From a virus (lineage: Duplodnaviria; Caudoviricetes), in IMG/VR virus record IMGVR_UViG_3300024232_000042, positions 1 through 35,746 of that record: a stretch of 35,746 nt of DNA; one strand, given 5' to 3'. The notes under the pieces are model-generated. The model was not told the DNA's origin and made no database searches. It was given only the letters and a program-made list of their open reading frames with translations. A program made the translations under genes and the position numbers. This document shows, piece after piece, positions 19,077 through 28,326 of this stretch. The number at the start of each line of letters is the position of its first letter. The stretch's first letter is position 1.

Positions 19077-19588
19077 TGAATGAACTCCAGCAGCTAGAAC
19101 AGCTCCTAGAAGAGCTAATGGCTGGCATTCAGACGGTCTTAATGTCGGGCGAAGTTCTATCTGACGAGATCATGGGAATGCTGGCGCAAGAACTGGCTGC
19201 TACTCATGCCCGCATTGAAGAACTTCGCTCACAGAATCCAGTTGATGGATTACAGCCTAATGCGGCTCCTCCACCTGCTGCTAACGTTCCTCAGTTAGAT
19301 CCAGGCCCTTATCCGTCTAGTAACGTCAACTCGTTTAAATATGATCCGAATACCCAGCAGCTATTTGTTAAATTCCATGGAAAAGATTCAGCAGATAGCG
19401 GCCCTGTGTATCAGTACCAGAATATCCCGCGGAATATTTACGATGTCTTCAGCAAAGGCCGAGTCGGTCCTAAGACTTCGGGGCAAAATCAGTACCATCG
19501 ATGGATAAAAGGCGTAACGCCTTCATTGGGAGCTTCTCTATACGCTCTTATCCGTGAAGGTGGCTATCCTTATCAAAGGATGAGTTGA
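19076..19588 (+). CDS. KTSC-domain protein
   Basis: SSNVNSFKYDPNTQQLFVKFH...VYQYQNIPRNIYDVF. Confidence 0.8.
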   Translation: MNELQQLEQLLEELMAGIQTVLMSGEVLSDEIMGMLAQELAATHARIEELRSQNPVDGLQPNAAPPPAANVPQLDPGPYPSSNVNSFKYDPNTQQLFVKFHGKDSADSGPVYQYQNIPRNIYDVFSKGRVGPKTSGQNQYHRWIKGVTPSLGASLYALIREGGYPYQRMS

Positions 19589-19820
19589 CTTTTGTTAACT
19601 CATATCCCTTTGGAGTGCGGCCATTGCTTATATAATGTTCAAAATTTTGCAATTCTTTCCGTTTATCATGATATTTGCGATACCAAAATTCTTTGTCGGA
19701 CTCAAAACTTTTAGCTAAGTCTAGTTGGTTCTCATATCTGTAGTAGTTATATAAACATCCTACGCACATGATAGTTGCAACTATCCATGAGAGATAATTT
19801 CTATTGATAAAAAATTTCAT
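19548..19820 (-). CDS. Membrane-anchored hypothetical protein
   Basis: ATG 19820 with AGGAGAGG RBS; N-terminal TM segment. Confidence 0.6.
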   Translation of the reverse strand: MKFFINRNYLSWIVATIMCVGCLYNYYRYENQLDLAKSFESDKEFWYRKYHDKRKELQNFEHYISNGRTPKGYELTKVNSSFDKDSHLHG

Positions 19821-19831
19821 TTCCTCTCCTT

Positions 19832-19906
19832 TCATGAGTTGCGTAAAGATATAAATAAAATCATCAGTGTAGCGGTGATGATCATGGTTCCTAGTGATTT
19901 TTTCAT
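19832..19906 (-). CDS. 24-aa hydrophobic peptide
   Basis: MKKSLGTMIITATLMILFISLRNS; ATGA overlap with the upstream stop. Confidence 0.4.
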   Translation of the reverse strand: MKKSLGTMIITATLMILFISLRNS

Positions 19907-20121
19907 TTCTTATTCCTTTCTTCAATAGCGCAAAGCCTATTATGAAAATCTTTAACTTCCATGTGTATGGCATGGACTAGCTCTCTGATGGAGTCGATTT
20001 TATTGTCCATATGTCTGATGTCTGTGCGGGACTCTGTGCGATTCCAAATAAATAATCCAACTATCGTTACAAACATTGTGGCAATGGTTAAAAACATTAA
20101 CATAAACTGTGTATAGTCCAT
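19903..20121 (-). CDS. TM plus coiled-coil small protein (XhlA/holin-like architecture), copy 1
   Basis: FIWNRTE and KDFHNRLCAIEERN; paralog of 25544..25789. Confidence 0.8.
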   Translation of the reverse strand: MDYTQFMLMFLTIATMFVTIVGLFIWNRTESRTDIRHMDNKIDSIRELVHAIHMEVKDFHNRLCAIEERNKK

Positions 20122-20138
20122 CTATAATCTCCGTGTTA

Positions 20139-20167
20139 TTTATATAATAGCACATTCCCACGATCAA
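20139..20167 (-). promoter_or_regulatory. Promoter for the antisense membrane-protein cassette
   Basis: TTGATC-17 bp-TATAAA. Confidence 0.55.
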
Positions 20168-20195
20168 ATCAACGACAGACATTCTTTGATTTTTG

Positions 20196-20224
20196 TTGTT
20201 GCTAAAAATTTTATCTGATACCCT
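20196..20224 (+). promoter_or_regulatory. Promoter for the fibre operon
   Basis: TTGTTG-17 bp-TACCCT with an extended -10 TG. Confidence 0.45.
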
Positions 20225-20229
20225 GGGTG

Positions 20230-20287
20230 TAGCGTCGATGCAATCGCTCTGCATATCCTAGGCCGTTTTTACGAGTTCGCCACCGTA
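20230..20287 (+). ncRNA. Structured 5' leader (copy B)
   Basis: ATGCA-atcgctc-TGCAT, GGCCG, TACG-agttcgccac-CGTA. Confidence 0.5.
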
Positions 20288-20324
20288 GTGTAAGAAGTTT
20301 CTACTATACCACTATGGAGTCATC

Positions 20325-22046
20325 ATGACCGCAGCTCTCAGTAATAATACAGCAGGCACGCCGTTTGCAACGGGTGTCGATGCGTTTGTCTATCCTCAAT
20401 TTATCGGGTACGCTCAGAGACCACCTTTGACATCTGACATTTATAATCCCGGCACTAAATGGCAGGACAACAGCGTTAATCCTGCTGTGATATATGAGAC
20501 CATAGGGGCGGGCATATGGTATACATCGGGCGCTAACCCAGCTACAACTACGACATACGGAACAGTAATTCTTACAGATAACAGTGAGCCAGTTGCTACA
20601 AAAGTTTATGCCGATAACCTAGCCATTGCTGGTGCTCCAGTCGCTACTACGGGAACAGCAGGTATAGGGCAACTGGCTACGAATGCCGAGGCTGTTGCAG
20701 GAACACCATCTACAGGCGTGTTAGCTCTATTTGTTACACCATCTAATTTTGCCTCAGTCTTTGCTTCTCCTCCCGCGATAGGTGGAACTCTAGCAGCAGC
20801 AGGCGCTTTCACAACTCTAGCCGCTTCTAGTACTGCTGCAATCACAGGTAATACAACAATAGGCGGAACCCTTGGCGTCACTGGCGCATCCACAATAGCG
20901 GCTCTTAGCGCGACTACAGGATCTTTTAGCAGTACATTGGCAGTCACAGGTGCAGCGACTTTAAGCTCGACTTTGGCAGTGACTAGCAATTCTACGATTG
21001 GCGGGACTTTAGCAGTTACTGGAACGTCTACGATTGCGGCACTTATCGCTACTAACGGAGCCTTTAGCGGCACTCTTGGCGTCACTGGCGCATCCACGAT
21101 TTCAAGTTTAAGCGCAACCAATGGATCGTTTAGTGGCACCCTTTCAGTTGCCGGAACTTTGACATTAGCAGCCGTAAATGCTACTAACGGAACGTTCTCG
21201 GGAACTTTAGGAGTTACGGGACTTACAACATTAGGGGCTCATACAGCAGTAGGGACAGCATTAATAAATGCATCTGGAGCTGGTGTTACCACAATAGGTA
21301 CAGGTGGAACTGGTGCGGTAAATCTTGGTAATGCCACTGGTAATACGGCAGTAACAGGCGCCTTGACCATATCAACTACTCTAGGAGTTACTGGATTAAC
21401 AACTTTAGCAGCTCACACAGCAATAGGAACTGCGTTAATAAACGCCTCTGGCGCTGCTGTCACCACAATAAACACAGGCGGCACTGGCGCTCTGAATTTA
21501 GGTAATGCCACAGGCAATACAGCCATCACTGGTGGCGTAACTGTTTCTACAACACTGGGAGTCACTGGACTTTCTACGCTAGCGGCTCTTACATCTGTAG
21601 GGACAGCTAATATAAATGCGTCCGGAGCTGCTGTCACTACAATAGGTACAGGTGGAACTGGTGCAGTAAACATCGGTAACACAACTGGAAATACTGCTGT
21701 CACAGGCAGCCTAACGACTACCGGAGCTATAAATTCCGGTAGCGATTTAAGTTTAACTGCTGTGGCAACCAAAATATCTCTGAATGGGGGTGCTGTTACC
21801 GACTTCATAGGAACTAGTGTATTAGCGTTGGGAACCGTGACAATTGCTAATACCAACATAGCAGCTGCTGATAGGATTTTCCTGTCTAGGATAGATGCTA
21901 ATGGTTCTATAACGCTTGGTGTATTGACGTATAGCATAAGTGCTGGAGCTAGCTTCACAGTAACTAGTCTGATCTTAGGCACTCCTGGGAGCCCACAAGT
22001 AGCAGATATAAGTACATTCTCATACATAATTTTTAGACAAACCTAA
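20325..22046 (+). CDS. Repetitive T/G/A-rich fibre protein (beta-helix-like)
   Basis: TLGVTG.ST and INASGA.VTTIGTGGTGAVN.GN.TGNT repeats, partly identical in DNA (20871/21076, 21291/21639). Confidence 0.75.
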   Translation: MTAALSNNTAGTPFATGVDAFVYPQFIGYAQRPPLTSDIYNPGTKWQDNSVNPAVIYETIGAGIWYTSGANPATTTTYGTVILTDNSEPVATKVYADNLAIAGAPVATTGTAGIGQLATNAEAVAGTPSTGVLALFVTPSNFASVFASPPAIGGTLAAAGAFTTLAASSTAAITGNTTIGGTLGVTGASTIAALSATTGSFSSTLAVTGAATLSSTLAVTSNSTIGGTLAVTGTSTIAALIATNGAFSGTLGVTGASTISSLSATNGSFSGTLSVAGTLTLAAVNATNGTFSGTLGVTGLTTLGAHTAVGTALINASGAGVTTIGTGGTGAVNLGNATGNTAVTGALTISTTLGVTGLTTLAAHTAIGTALINASGAAVTTINTGGTGALNLGNATGNTAITGGVTVSTTLGVTGLSTLAALTSVGTANINASGAAVTTIGTGGTGAVNIGNTTGNTAVTGSLTTTGAINSGSDLSLTAVATKISLNGGAVTDFIGTSVLALGTVTIANTNIAAADRIFLSRIDANGSITLGVLTYSISAGASFTVTSLILGTPGSPQVADISTFSYIIFRQT

Positions 22047-22054
22047 GAGGAAAA

Positions 22055-22240
22055 ATGAAAGCTATAAACAAAATACAATTACAAATTGAAAACTTTGAAA
22101 AATGCAACTTCATAGTCGATACAGATTGCTCTCTGGGTTATCTGTACGACTATTGTTGTGCAGTACAGGCATTCGTAGTCGGCAAGATGAAAGAAGCCGA
22201 AGAGATTAAAAAGCCTGTAGAAGCAGCACCCCAGGAGTAG
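22055..22240 (+). CDS. Small hypothetical protein (possible fibre chaperone)
   Basis: GAGG RBS, between fibre genes. Confidence 0.6.
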   Translation: MKAINKIQLQIENFEKCNFIVDTDCSLGYLYDYCCAVQAFVVGKMKEAEEIKKPVEAAPQE

Positions 22241-22241
22241 T

Positions 22242-22586
22242 ATGTCAAATCCACAATACGATTGGTTCCAGGCGATACCTGCATCGCAATTTAATCCGGC
22301 CAGCCTGTCAGGTACTTTCCAGCCAGTTTTTACCAGTGGATTTCCTGATAACATAAAGATCATGGAAGTTTACAATGGAGGAGCGGTTGCGATGGACGTC
22401 AGCTATGACGGCATAAACTTGCATGCTGTTTGGCCTGCTGGCGCCACTCTGATTGTGGATCTGCAAACAAATCATGCTGATAACCCTCCTTATGGGAGCG
22501 GAACCCTTAATGGGCGAGCTGGCCAAAATGTGTGGGTCCGAACTTCGGTAAATCCTACATGGGTTACAATAGGTGGTTTTAGATGA
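22242..22586 (+). CDS. Virion-associated hypothetical protein
   Basis: AGGAG RBS, beta-rich. Confidence 0.65.
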   Translation: MSNPQYDWFQAIPASQFNPASLSGTFQPVFTSGFPDNIKIMEVYNGGAVAMDVSYDGINLHAVWPAGATLIVDLQTNHADNPPYGSGTLNGRAGQNVWVRTSVNPTWVTIGGFR

Positions 22587-23644
22587 GCCAGTTTTTTACG
22601 TCCGTCACTGCTGGAAATCTACCGCCTACTGTTGTAGAGACTATAACAGGTAATACTGGTGGTCCTGAGGCTGCCATAGCAAACAATTTTAATATTGTGA
22701 CAGCTAACAGCACGATAAAATTCGCAGGAACGCCCGGAACGGAAACGTTAGATTTTGGTCTTTCTAATTTGATATTGGGATCATCAGGAACATCGATCAC
22801 AGGGGCAGCCCTAGGCAATATAGGATTAGGGGTCACAGCTCTTAGTTCGTTAACAAGCGGCCAAGGCAACACCGCTATCGGATTAGCTTCTGGACAAGAT
22901 TTAACGTCGGCAATTGCTAATACACTAGTAGGATACAATTCTGGAGCCGATATAACAACAGCGTCTTATAATTCTGCAATAGGGGAGTCTTCTCTACAGA
23001 CTCTTAAAACAGGTTCGGGTAGAAATGTTGCGATAGGAGTAGACTCTTTAATTTCATTGGCTACTGGAGACAACAATACTTGTATCGGGTATAATTCTGG
23101 ACTTTCTTATACAACATCGGAAAGTAACAATATTATCGTCGGAGTGAATACTGGTACAGTTGGAGAATCTGCCACTATCCGTATAGGATTACAGGGCACA
23201 CAGACAAGAGCTTTTCTAGCAGGTGTGACAGGCGTGACTGTAGCAAATACAAATATTGTTACTATAAATTCGTCTACGGGTCAATTGGGGTCAGTCGCCA
23301 TAGCAGAAGTAATTTCTTGGGTGAATGTTACCGGAATAACGCAGGCAATGGCTGTTAACACGGGATATCTGGCTAATAACGTTGCTCTGGTAACGTTCAC
23401 TCTGCCAGCAACAGCTGTGCAATTTTCTACCATAGAAGTTGTTGGTCATGGCGCTGGTGGCTGGAAGATATCTCAGAATGCAGGTCAGCAAATTATATTC
23501 GGCAATACAGCCACTACAGTTGGTGTTACAGGCTCTTTAGCATCTACTAACGCCAACGATTGTGTTCAGTTCATAGCATCCGTAGGAGGCGCTTCCACTG
23601 TGTGGACAGTGCAATCATCAGTAGGAAATCTAACGGTGGCATAA
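22583..23644 (+). CDS. Tail fibre/adhesin-like protein
   Basis: G.NTAIG/N.AIG repeats, then a C-terminal VTFTLPATA...GAGGWKISQNAGQQI domain. Confidence 0.7.
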   Translation: MSQFFTSVTAGNLPPTVVETITGNTGGPEAAIANNFNIVTANSTIKFAGTPGTETLDFGLSNLILGSSGTSITGAALGNIGLGVTALSSLTSGQGNTAIGLASGQDLTSAIANTLVGYNSGADITTASYNSAIGESSLQTLKTGSGRNVAIGVDSLISLATGDNNTCIGYNSGLSYTTSESNNIIVGVNTGTVGESATIRIGLQGTQTRAFLAGVTGVTVANTNIVTINSSTGQLGSVAIAEVISWVNVTGITQAMAVNTGYLANNVALVTFTLPATAVQFSTIEVVGHGAGGWKISQNAGQQIIFGNTATTVGVTGSLASTNANDCVQFIASVGGASTVWTVQSSVGNLTVA

Positions 23645-24078
23645 TGATCGCAAATAATTCCTCAAATATCGCTGTAGCAACTGTAACGCTAACGTCTACT
23701 CAATTGAAAGCTCTGGATAGCGTTCCAATTTTGATTATACCATCTCAGGGATCTGGTAGCATCATAGCGCCCATAAGTGTACAAGCAAAATTTGTATGCC
23801 CAACAGGAGAGGCATTTACGATTACTAATGACATCAGTTTATTAGTAACAGATTTGTCAGGACAATCGTATGTTTCTATTGCTGCGACTCAATTTGACAG
23901 TGTGACTGTAGACACATATTGCACAATTAACTACGGGCAATTATTGGCTATAGATGCATCTGTTTTTGAAAATACAAATTCTGTCCTAGGTATACTTGCA
24001 GGGTCGATTACTGGGAACCCAGCTAATGATAACACGATCATTGTGTCTGTTTTGTATAAAGTATTTTTACTGAAATAA
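23644..24078 (+). CDS. Fibre-associated beta protein
   Basis: ATG overlaps the previous stop (TAATG). Confidence 0.65.
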   Translation: MIANNSSNIAVATVTLTSTQLKALDSVPILIIPSQGSGSIIAPISVQAKFVCPTGEAFTITNDISLLVTDLSGQSYVSIAATQFDSVTVDTYCTINYGQLLAIDASVFENTNSVLGILAGSITGNPANDNTIIVSVLYKVFLLK

Positions 24079-24085
24079 AGGTATT

Positions 24086-25096
24086 ATGGCAACGAACAAC
24101 GCAGCCAATATAGCCACAGCAGCATCTGGAAAGGTGCTGCGAGCTCAGGGGATAGGATCATCTCCCACTTTCTCTACTGCAGCTTATCCAGACACTGCTG
24201 GGACAGCTGGCAATGTCCTCACATCTAACGGCACTGATTTTACTAGCGCAGCGCCAGCAGCGTCATCTCTAATCACAACGTATATTGCTAATAGCTCGTG
24301 GACACCAAATGCCAAGACTAAATCCGTAGAATTTTTTGTTTGGTCTGGTGCTTCTGGTGGTGGAAGTGGCCGTGCCGGGGCAACTACTCAAGCGGGTGGT
24401 GGTGGGGGCGGCGCTGGAAGCTTCTTTTATATGAAAACATCCGCAGCTCTTTTGATCAGTGCTCCCTATACAATCACAGTAGGTGGAGGCGGTAATGGCG
24501 GCGCTCCGGTAAGCGGAACTGGGGTTGGCGGTAATCCCGGAGATCCAGGAGGGACTTCTTCAATCGGTTCAGTGCTTATTGTTGCAGGCCCAGCAGGTGG
24601 TGCGGCTGGCGGTACTACAGGGGCTGCCGGAGCTACAGGGGTTGGATTTGGCCCCATAACCCTAACTAACACACAAGTCGGGGGGCAGGGTACTACTACC
24701 AACGGAGGCGCTAGCACCAGCACTATGACGTATTCTGTGTGTGGCGCTGGATCTGGTGGAACAGGATATACCGCTGGTACTCCTAGAACTGGATTAGCTG
24801 CTAAAGACATCATTGATGGTGCTGGCAATATTTTAGTCGCTGGAGGTACTGCTGGAGCTAATACAGGTGGTGATGGTGGTGATGGTAATCCTCCTACAGG
24901 AATACAGCTATTTACCGTAGGTGGCTCTGGTGGTGGTGCTGGGGGTATGAATGGTGTTACTACTGCTGGTAAAGGTGGTAATGGCGGCGCTCCTGGGGGT
25001 GGTGGGGGCGGTGGCGCTGGAAACCTATCTTTAAACGCTTCCGGAGCTGGTGGAAACGGCGCTAGAGGTCAAATTATAATCGTAGAATACTTTTAG
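24086..25096 (+). CDS. Glycine-rich virion/receptor-binding protein
   Basis: Poly-Gly GGGGGAG and YTITVGGGG motifs; C-terminal G.IIIVEYF. Confidence 0.75.
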   Translation: MATNNAANIATAASGKVLRAQGIGSSPTFSTAAYPDTAGTAGNVLTSNGTDFTSAAPAASSLITTYIANSSWTPNAKTKSVEFFVWSGASGGGSGRAGATTQAGGGGGGAGSFFYMKTSAALLISAPYTITVGGGGNGGAPVSGTGVGGNPGDPGGTSSIGSVLIVAGPAGGAAGGTTGAAGATGVGFGPITLTNTQVGGQGTTTNGGASTSTMTYSVCGAGSGGTGYTAGTPRTGLAAKDIIDGAGNILVAGGTAGANTGGDGGDGNPPTGIQLFTVGGSGGGAGGMNGVTTAGKGGNGGAPGGGGGGGAGNLSLNASGAGGNGARGQIIIVEYF

Positions 25097-25103
25097 AGGT
25101 GAT

Positions 25104-25247
25104 ATGCCATTAGACAAAGGAAAATCCAAGAAAGCTATTTCTAATAACATCAAGACTGAGATAGAAGTCGGTAAGCCTAAAAAACAAGCTGTAGCTATAG
25201 CTTTAAGCGTTGCACGTAAGGCTGGAGCTAAAATACCTAAAAAATGA
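25104..25247 (+). CDS. Small basic phage protein (47 aa)
   Basis: [41 protein letters not shown]; GAGGTG RBS; below the ORF-track cutoff. Confidence 0.8.
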   Translation: MPLDKGKSKKAISNNIKTEIEVGKPKKQAVAIALSVARKAGAKIPKK

Positions 25248-25492
25248 TAGATATGGAAAACGATATTTTATCCGGCTTCGAGTACAGAATAATATCAATG
25301 CCAGTTGATATAAAATCCGTGCGTATGCCTCGTTGCATGGTCTGTGAGAAAGTTTGCTCTACTCAACTTTATATTTTTGAGAAAATGAAAGTGCGCCATC
25401 ACAATTTGATGTGTTCCCGTGAGTGTGTACAGGAGGTTGTACGCAGCTACAAAGTCATTATGGACCGATGTGAGAAGGTTATCCCGTTATAG
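25244..25492 (+). CDS. Zn-finger-like hypothetical protein
   Basis: CMVC...CSREC. Confidence 0.55.
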   Translation: MIDMENDILSGFEYRIISMPVDIKSVRMPRCMVCEKVCSTQLYIFEKMKVRHHNLMCSRECVQEVVRSYKVIMDRCEKVIPL

Positions 25493-25543
25493 GAGATAAT
25501 GACCGTATAATTTAATGCGGTCATTTATACCGTCAATAAATAA

Positions 25544-25789
25544 TCATCCATATCGATTTCTCTCTTCGATAGCGCATAGCCTGCCGTGGAAGTCTTTCAT
25601 CTCTGCAAGAATAGAAATATGCACTCCTGTGATTACAGCCATGCTTTCTTTTTGCACTTCACGTATTAATTCTCTATTAGCCTGTAGTTGGGCATCCATA
25701 TGACGAATATCATTACGAGCTTCTGTTCGATTCCAAATAAAAACACCTAAAAATGCCAAAACTAAGATGGCAAATTGTATCCAGTCCAT
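25544..25789 (-). CDS. TM plus coiled-coil small protein, copy 2
   Basis: FIWNRTEARNDIRHMD and EMKDFHGRLCAIEERN. Confidence 0.8.
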   Translation of the reverse strand: MDWIQFAILVLAFLGVFIWNRTEARNDIRHMDAQLQANRELIREVQKESMAVITGVHISILAEMKDFHGRLCAIEERNRYG

Positions 25790-25999
25790 CTAAAACCCTA
25801 TGGGAGATATTTTTTCTTCGATATCCATCTGAACATAATGCGTCTTGGAAATCATTTCTTTTATTTTTTCCAGATCCCGTTTAATCTGATCATGACGGGC
25901 ATATATACCACGCCTAACGGCCTCTGAAGATGCTTTGAGATCTGATATCTCCTCTCTCAGTAACTCTAGCTCTGAATTGGCAAATAAGTCGTTTTGCAT
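25790..25999 (-). CDS. Hypothetical coiled-coil protein
   Basis: GGAGAG RBS, end of the leftward early operon. Confidence 0.65.
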   Translation of the reverse strand: MQNDLFANSELELLREEISDLKASSEAVRRGIYARHDQIKRDLEKIKEMISKTHYVQMDIEEKISPIGF

Positions 26000-26022
26000 G
26001 TCTCTCTCTCCAGGATAGTAAT

Positions 26023-26056
26023 TGCCTGTTATGCTCTCACCAGGCCATAACAGGCA
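26023..26056. terminator. Stem-loop downstream of the exonuclease gene
   Basis: TGCCTGTTATG/CATAACAGGCA 11-bp stem. Confidence 0.55.
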
Positions 26057-26061
26057 TTTTA

Positions 26062-26922
26062 TTAAAACGGTAATGTCGCCGTTATTTTTATAAATTCCGT
26101 CGGTGATTTACGGTATTTCTCTAGATCTACTCCAGCAAGTTCAGGTATCGAAGAATAGTCCACATGCCCCTTGCGAACCACACTTGATACTTTCACGCCA
26201 CCACCTACACAGCTTTTACCGCCTGACATTGTGCTGAATGACTCCCTCAACTCATTTTCGCGCAATTTCAGATTGTTCATCTGGTTTTGTATGATATTCC
26301 AGTCGCATGCCATTGCGAGCCATATATCATCATCTCTATTTATATAGTCTCTGTCACATAGGTCAGGAGCTTTAAATGAGTTCACACATTCCCAGAAGTC
26401 TGCATGTTGCTCCAGCATATCTTCTATGTAGGTGTCATCCCTTTCTACGACAAGCAAAACCCCATCTTTGCCATCGTAAGATAGGTAGTAAGCCTTCTTA
26501 ACTCCACAAACTTCAATTTGATGTTGTAGCTGAGGATAGTATTTTGCAGGTACAGTTCCATTTTTTGCAATAGAATGATCCTGTCTTCCCGGGCATTTGA
26601 TTTCTACAATGGTTTGTAAGTCGGAGCTGATGCCGTCAATGCTAGCCATGAGATAGGGAATCTCGGGATGTAAAACGACTTCAGGACAGATTTTGATGCC
26701 TGTAGTGTATACGAACCAATCCCTAGCCGATTCCTCCATGTCAACGCCTCTTTGCATCGCGTTAGACATCGGTTGCGGCTCTCCGATACCAATCTTATCT
26801 TTCCAAAGCTGGTAACGCGTACGCCAGGGCGATATGCCCATGATGATGGGGGCATCAGATGCCCCCAGGTAGTTTTTACGGAACTCTAGCCATTCAGGCG
26901 TATTTTGCTGCAAGCGCATCAT
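26062..26922 (-). CDS. YqaJ-like (lambda exonuclease family) recombination nuclease
   Basis: EWLEFRKNYLGASD, ASIDG, EIKCP, YYPQLQHQ. Confidence 0.93.
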   Translation of the reverse strand: MMRLQQNTPEWLEFRKNYLGASDAPIIMGISPWRTRYQLWKDKIGIGEPQPMSNAMQRGVDMEESARDWFVYTTGIKICPEVVLHPEIPYLMASIDGISSDLQTIVEIKCPGRQDHSIAKNGTVPAKYYPQLQHQIEVCGVKKAYYLSYDGKDGVLLVVERDDTYIEDMLEQHADFWECVNSFKAPDLCDRDYINRDDDIWLAMACDWNIIQNQMNNLKLRENELRESFSTMSGGKSCVGGGVKVSSVVRKGHVDYSSIPELAGVDLEKYRKSPTEFIKITATLPF

Positions 26923-27551
26923 CCCACCGCCTGCAGTTCTTTGGTGGATCTCTCGGCTATGTTCTTTTTAGCCGATGTTACCAGCCTGTCGAACATGCCT
27001 AATGGAACGTGATAGAAATCTTCTGCATAAGTAGGAGACTTTTTCAGGTTATCTAGAACCAGTTTTTTATGCTCAGGAGAACACTGCTCATAAAGCTCTA
27101 TCAGTTGTTTAGCCTGGGCTAGTGATACAAGTTGAGGCGCATCCTGACGCTGCACTGCTACAGTAGCGGCCTGCCCATCGTCATCATCCTGTTCAGGGGC
27201 AACGCCAACGATTGCAGCCAGGCTATAACGGCGCATGTATGTGATAGCACTTCCGATAGTCTGTGGAGTCTTTTTATCGCCAACCAAGATGGGAACTCGG
27301 GATTTAATCCATTGCCCGCTGCTATGCGCCAGCATGGTTACTAGAATCATTTGCCCGGCAGACTCATCGAGAGTTTGAACCACGGCTATACCGTTCTTAC
27401 TTAGATGCAGACGGCACGCTTCCCATACAGATGTGAGGTTAGCATATTTGCTCTTGTGAAACGGATTGTCCGCCGATTTAGGCGCAGGAGATATTTCCCC
27501 CTGCGCTATTGCCAGTGCTGTGATCAGCAGGTCTATTTTTTCGCTTTGCAT
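26919..27551 (-). CDS. erf: ERF-family single-strand annealing protein
   Basis: NPFHKSKYA, HSSGQW, GSAITYMRRYSLAAIVGV, DDDDG. Confidence 0.93.
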   Translation of the reverse strand: MQSEKIDLLITALAIAQGEISPAPKSADNPFHKSKYANLTSVWEACRLHLSKNGIAVVQTLDESAGQMILVTMLAHSSGQWIKSRVPILVGDKKTPQTIGSAITYMRRYSLAAIVGVAPEQDDDDGQAATVAVQRQDAPQLVSLAQAKQLIELYEQCSPEHKKLVLDNLKKSPTYAEDFYHVPLGMFDRLVTSAKKNIAERSTKELQAVG

Positions 27552-27859
27552 TCTACATCTCCAAAAAGGATGTTTAAAAATCTTGGGTCATTTATTCCTG
27601 TCATCAAATTCTTAGGATTTGCTTTCCTTTGAATTTTTAGCGGTGTAACTAAAGCGCATTTAGGTTTAATTTCCAGAATATGGCACAGCTCGTCCAAGTC
27701 GCACTGTAGAGAAAACTCATCCAGTTCGGACTCTGCATCATAGAGTCTATCCATGATTGACTGCACCCAATAGGCTGCGCTATCCAACTTTTTCTGCTCT
27801 GGAGTGACTACATCGTAGTCTACGTCCGCATGAGTCTCATCGTAATCGTAAAATGACAT
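27533..27859 (-). CDS. Acidic hypothetical protein, first gene of the leftward early operon
   Basis: GAGGAG RBS; D/E-rich. Confidence 0.7.
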   Translation of the reverse strand: MSFYDYDETHADVDYDVVTPEQKKLDSAAYWVQSIMDRLYDAESELDEFSLQCDLDELCHILEIKPKCALVTPLKIQRKANPKNLMTGINDPRFLNILFGDVECKAKK

Positions 27860-27972
27860 TTTTGGCTCCTCGCCCCTCGGGCTTATTTTTTTAGTCTGCT
27901 ATCGGCTTACCGCTACAACCTGCCGGGCTCTTGGCTCGGTTATCAGGGAGACTTGCTCGCTTTGATACCATA

Positions 27973-28002
27973 AATATAGCACAAGACCAATATTTAACGC
28001 AA
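27973..28002 (-). promoter_or_regulatory. Leftward early promoter (PL-like)
   Basis: TTGCGT-18 bp-TATATT with an extended TG. Confidence 0.55.
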
Positions 28003-28026
28003 GAAAAAAGATAGGAAATATCTCCG

Positions 28027-28055
28027 TTGACTAACAAATCAATGTCTTATATGAT
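28027..28055 (+). promoter_or_regulatory. Rightward early promoter (PR-like)
   Basis: TTGACT-17 bp-TATGAT. Confidence 0.75.
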
Positions 28056-28078
28056 CACTGCTAAAACAGGAGGACATT

Positions 28079-28294
28079 ATGGAAAATCAACAGACGTTAA
28101 CTTTAAAAGAATATATATACAACAATAGAATGACCGTGGCTCAGATAGCTGCAATGGTCGACTACAGCCAAGGCCATATGCAATGCGTCATATCTGGAAA
28201 ATTTCCTATGACTAGGAAATTGGCTAGAGCCATAGAGAGAGCTACGAAGGGAGTCGTTAAAGAAGAAACGGTTTTTACGAGAAATATTGCTTAA
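28079..28294 (+). CDS. Cro-like XRE HTH regulator
   Basis: LKEYI...TVAQIAAMVDYSQGHM...LARAIERATKGVV; AGGAGG RBS. Confidence 0.85.
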   Translation: MENQQTLTLKEYIYNNRMTVAQIAAMVDYSQGHMQCVISGKFPMTRKLARAIERATKGVVKEETVFTRNIA

Positions 28295-28326
28295 AAATAT
28301 TTTACAGACTATCTTGGCAACAGGAT

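Noticed and set aside
20606-22027. Long minus-strand ORFs (177 and 204 aa) with VPPV repeats
   Set aside because: Antisense shadows of the repetitive fibre gene; no RBS or independent signal
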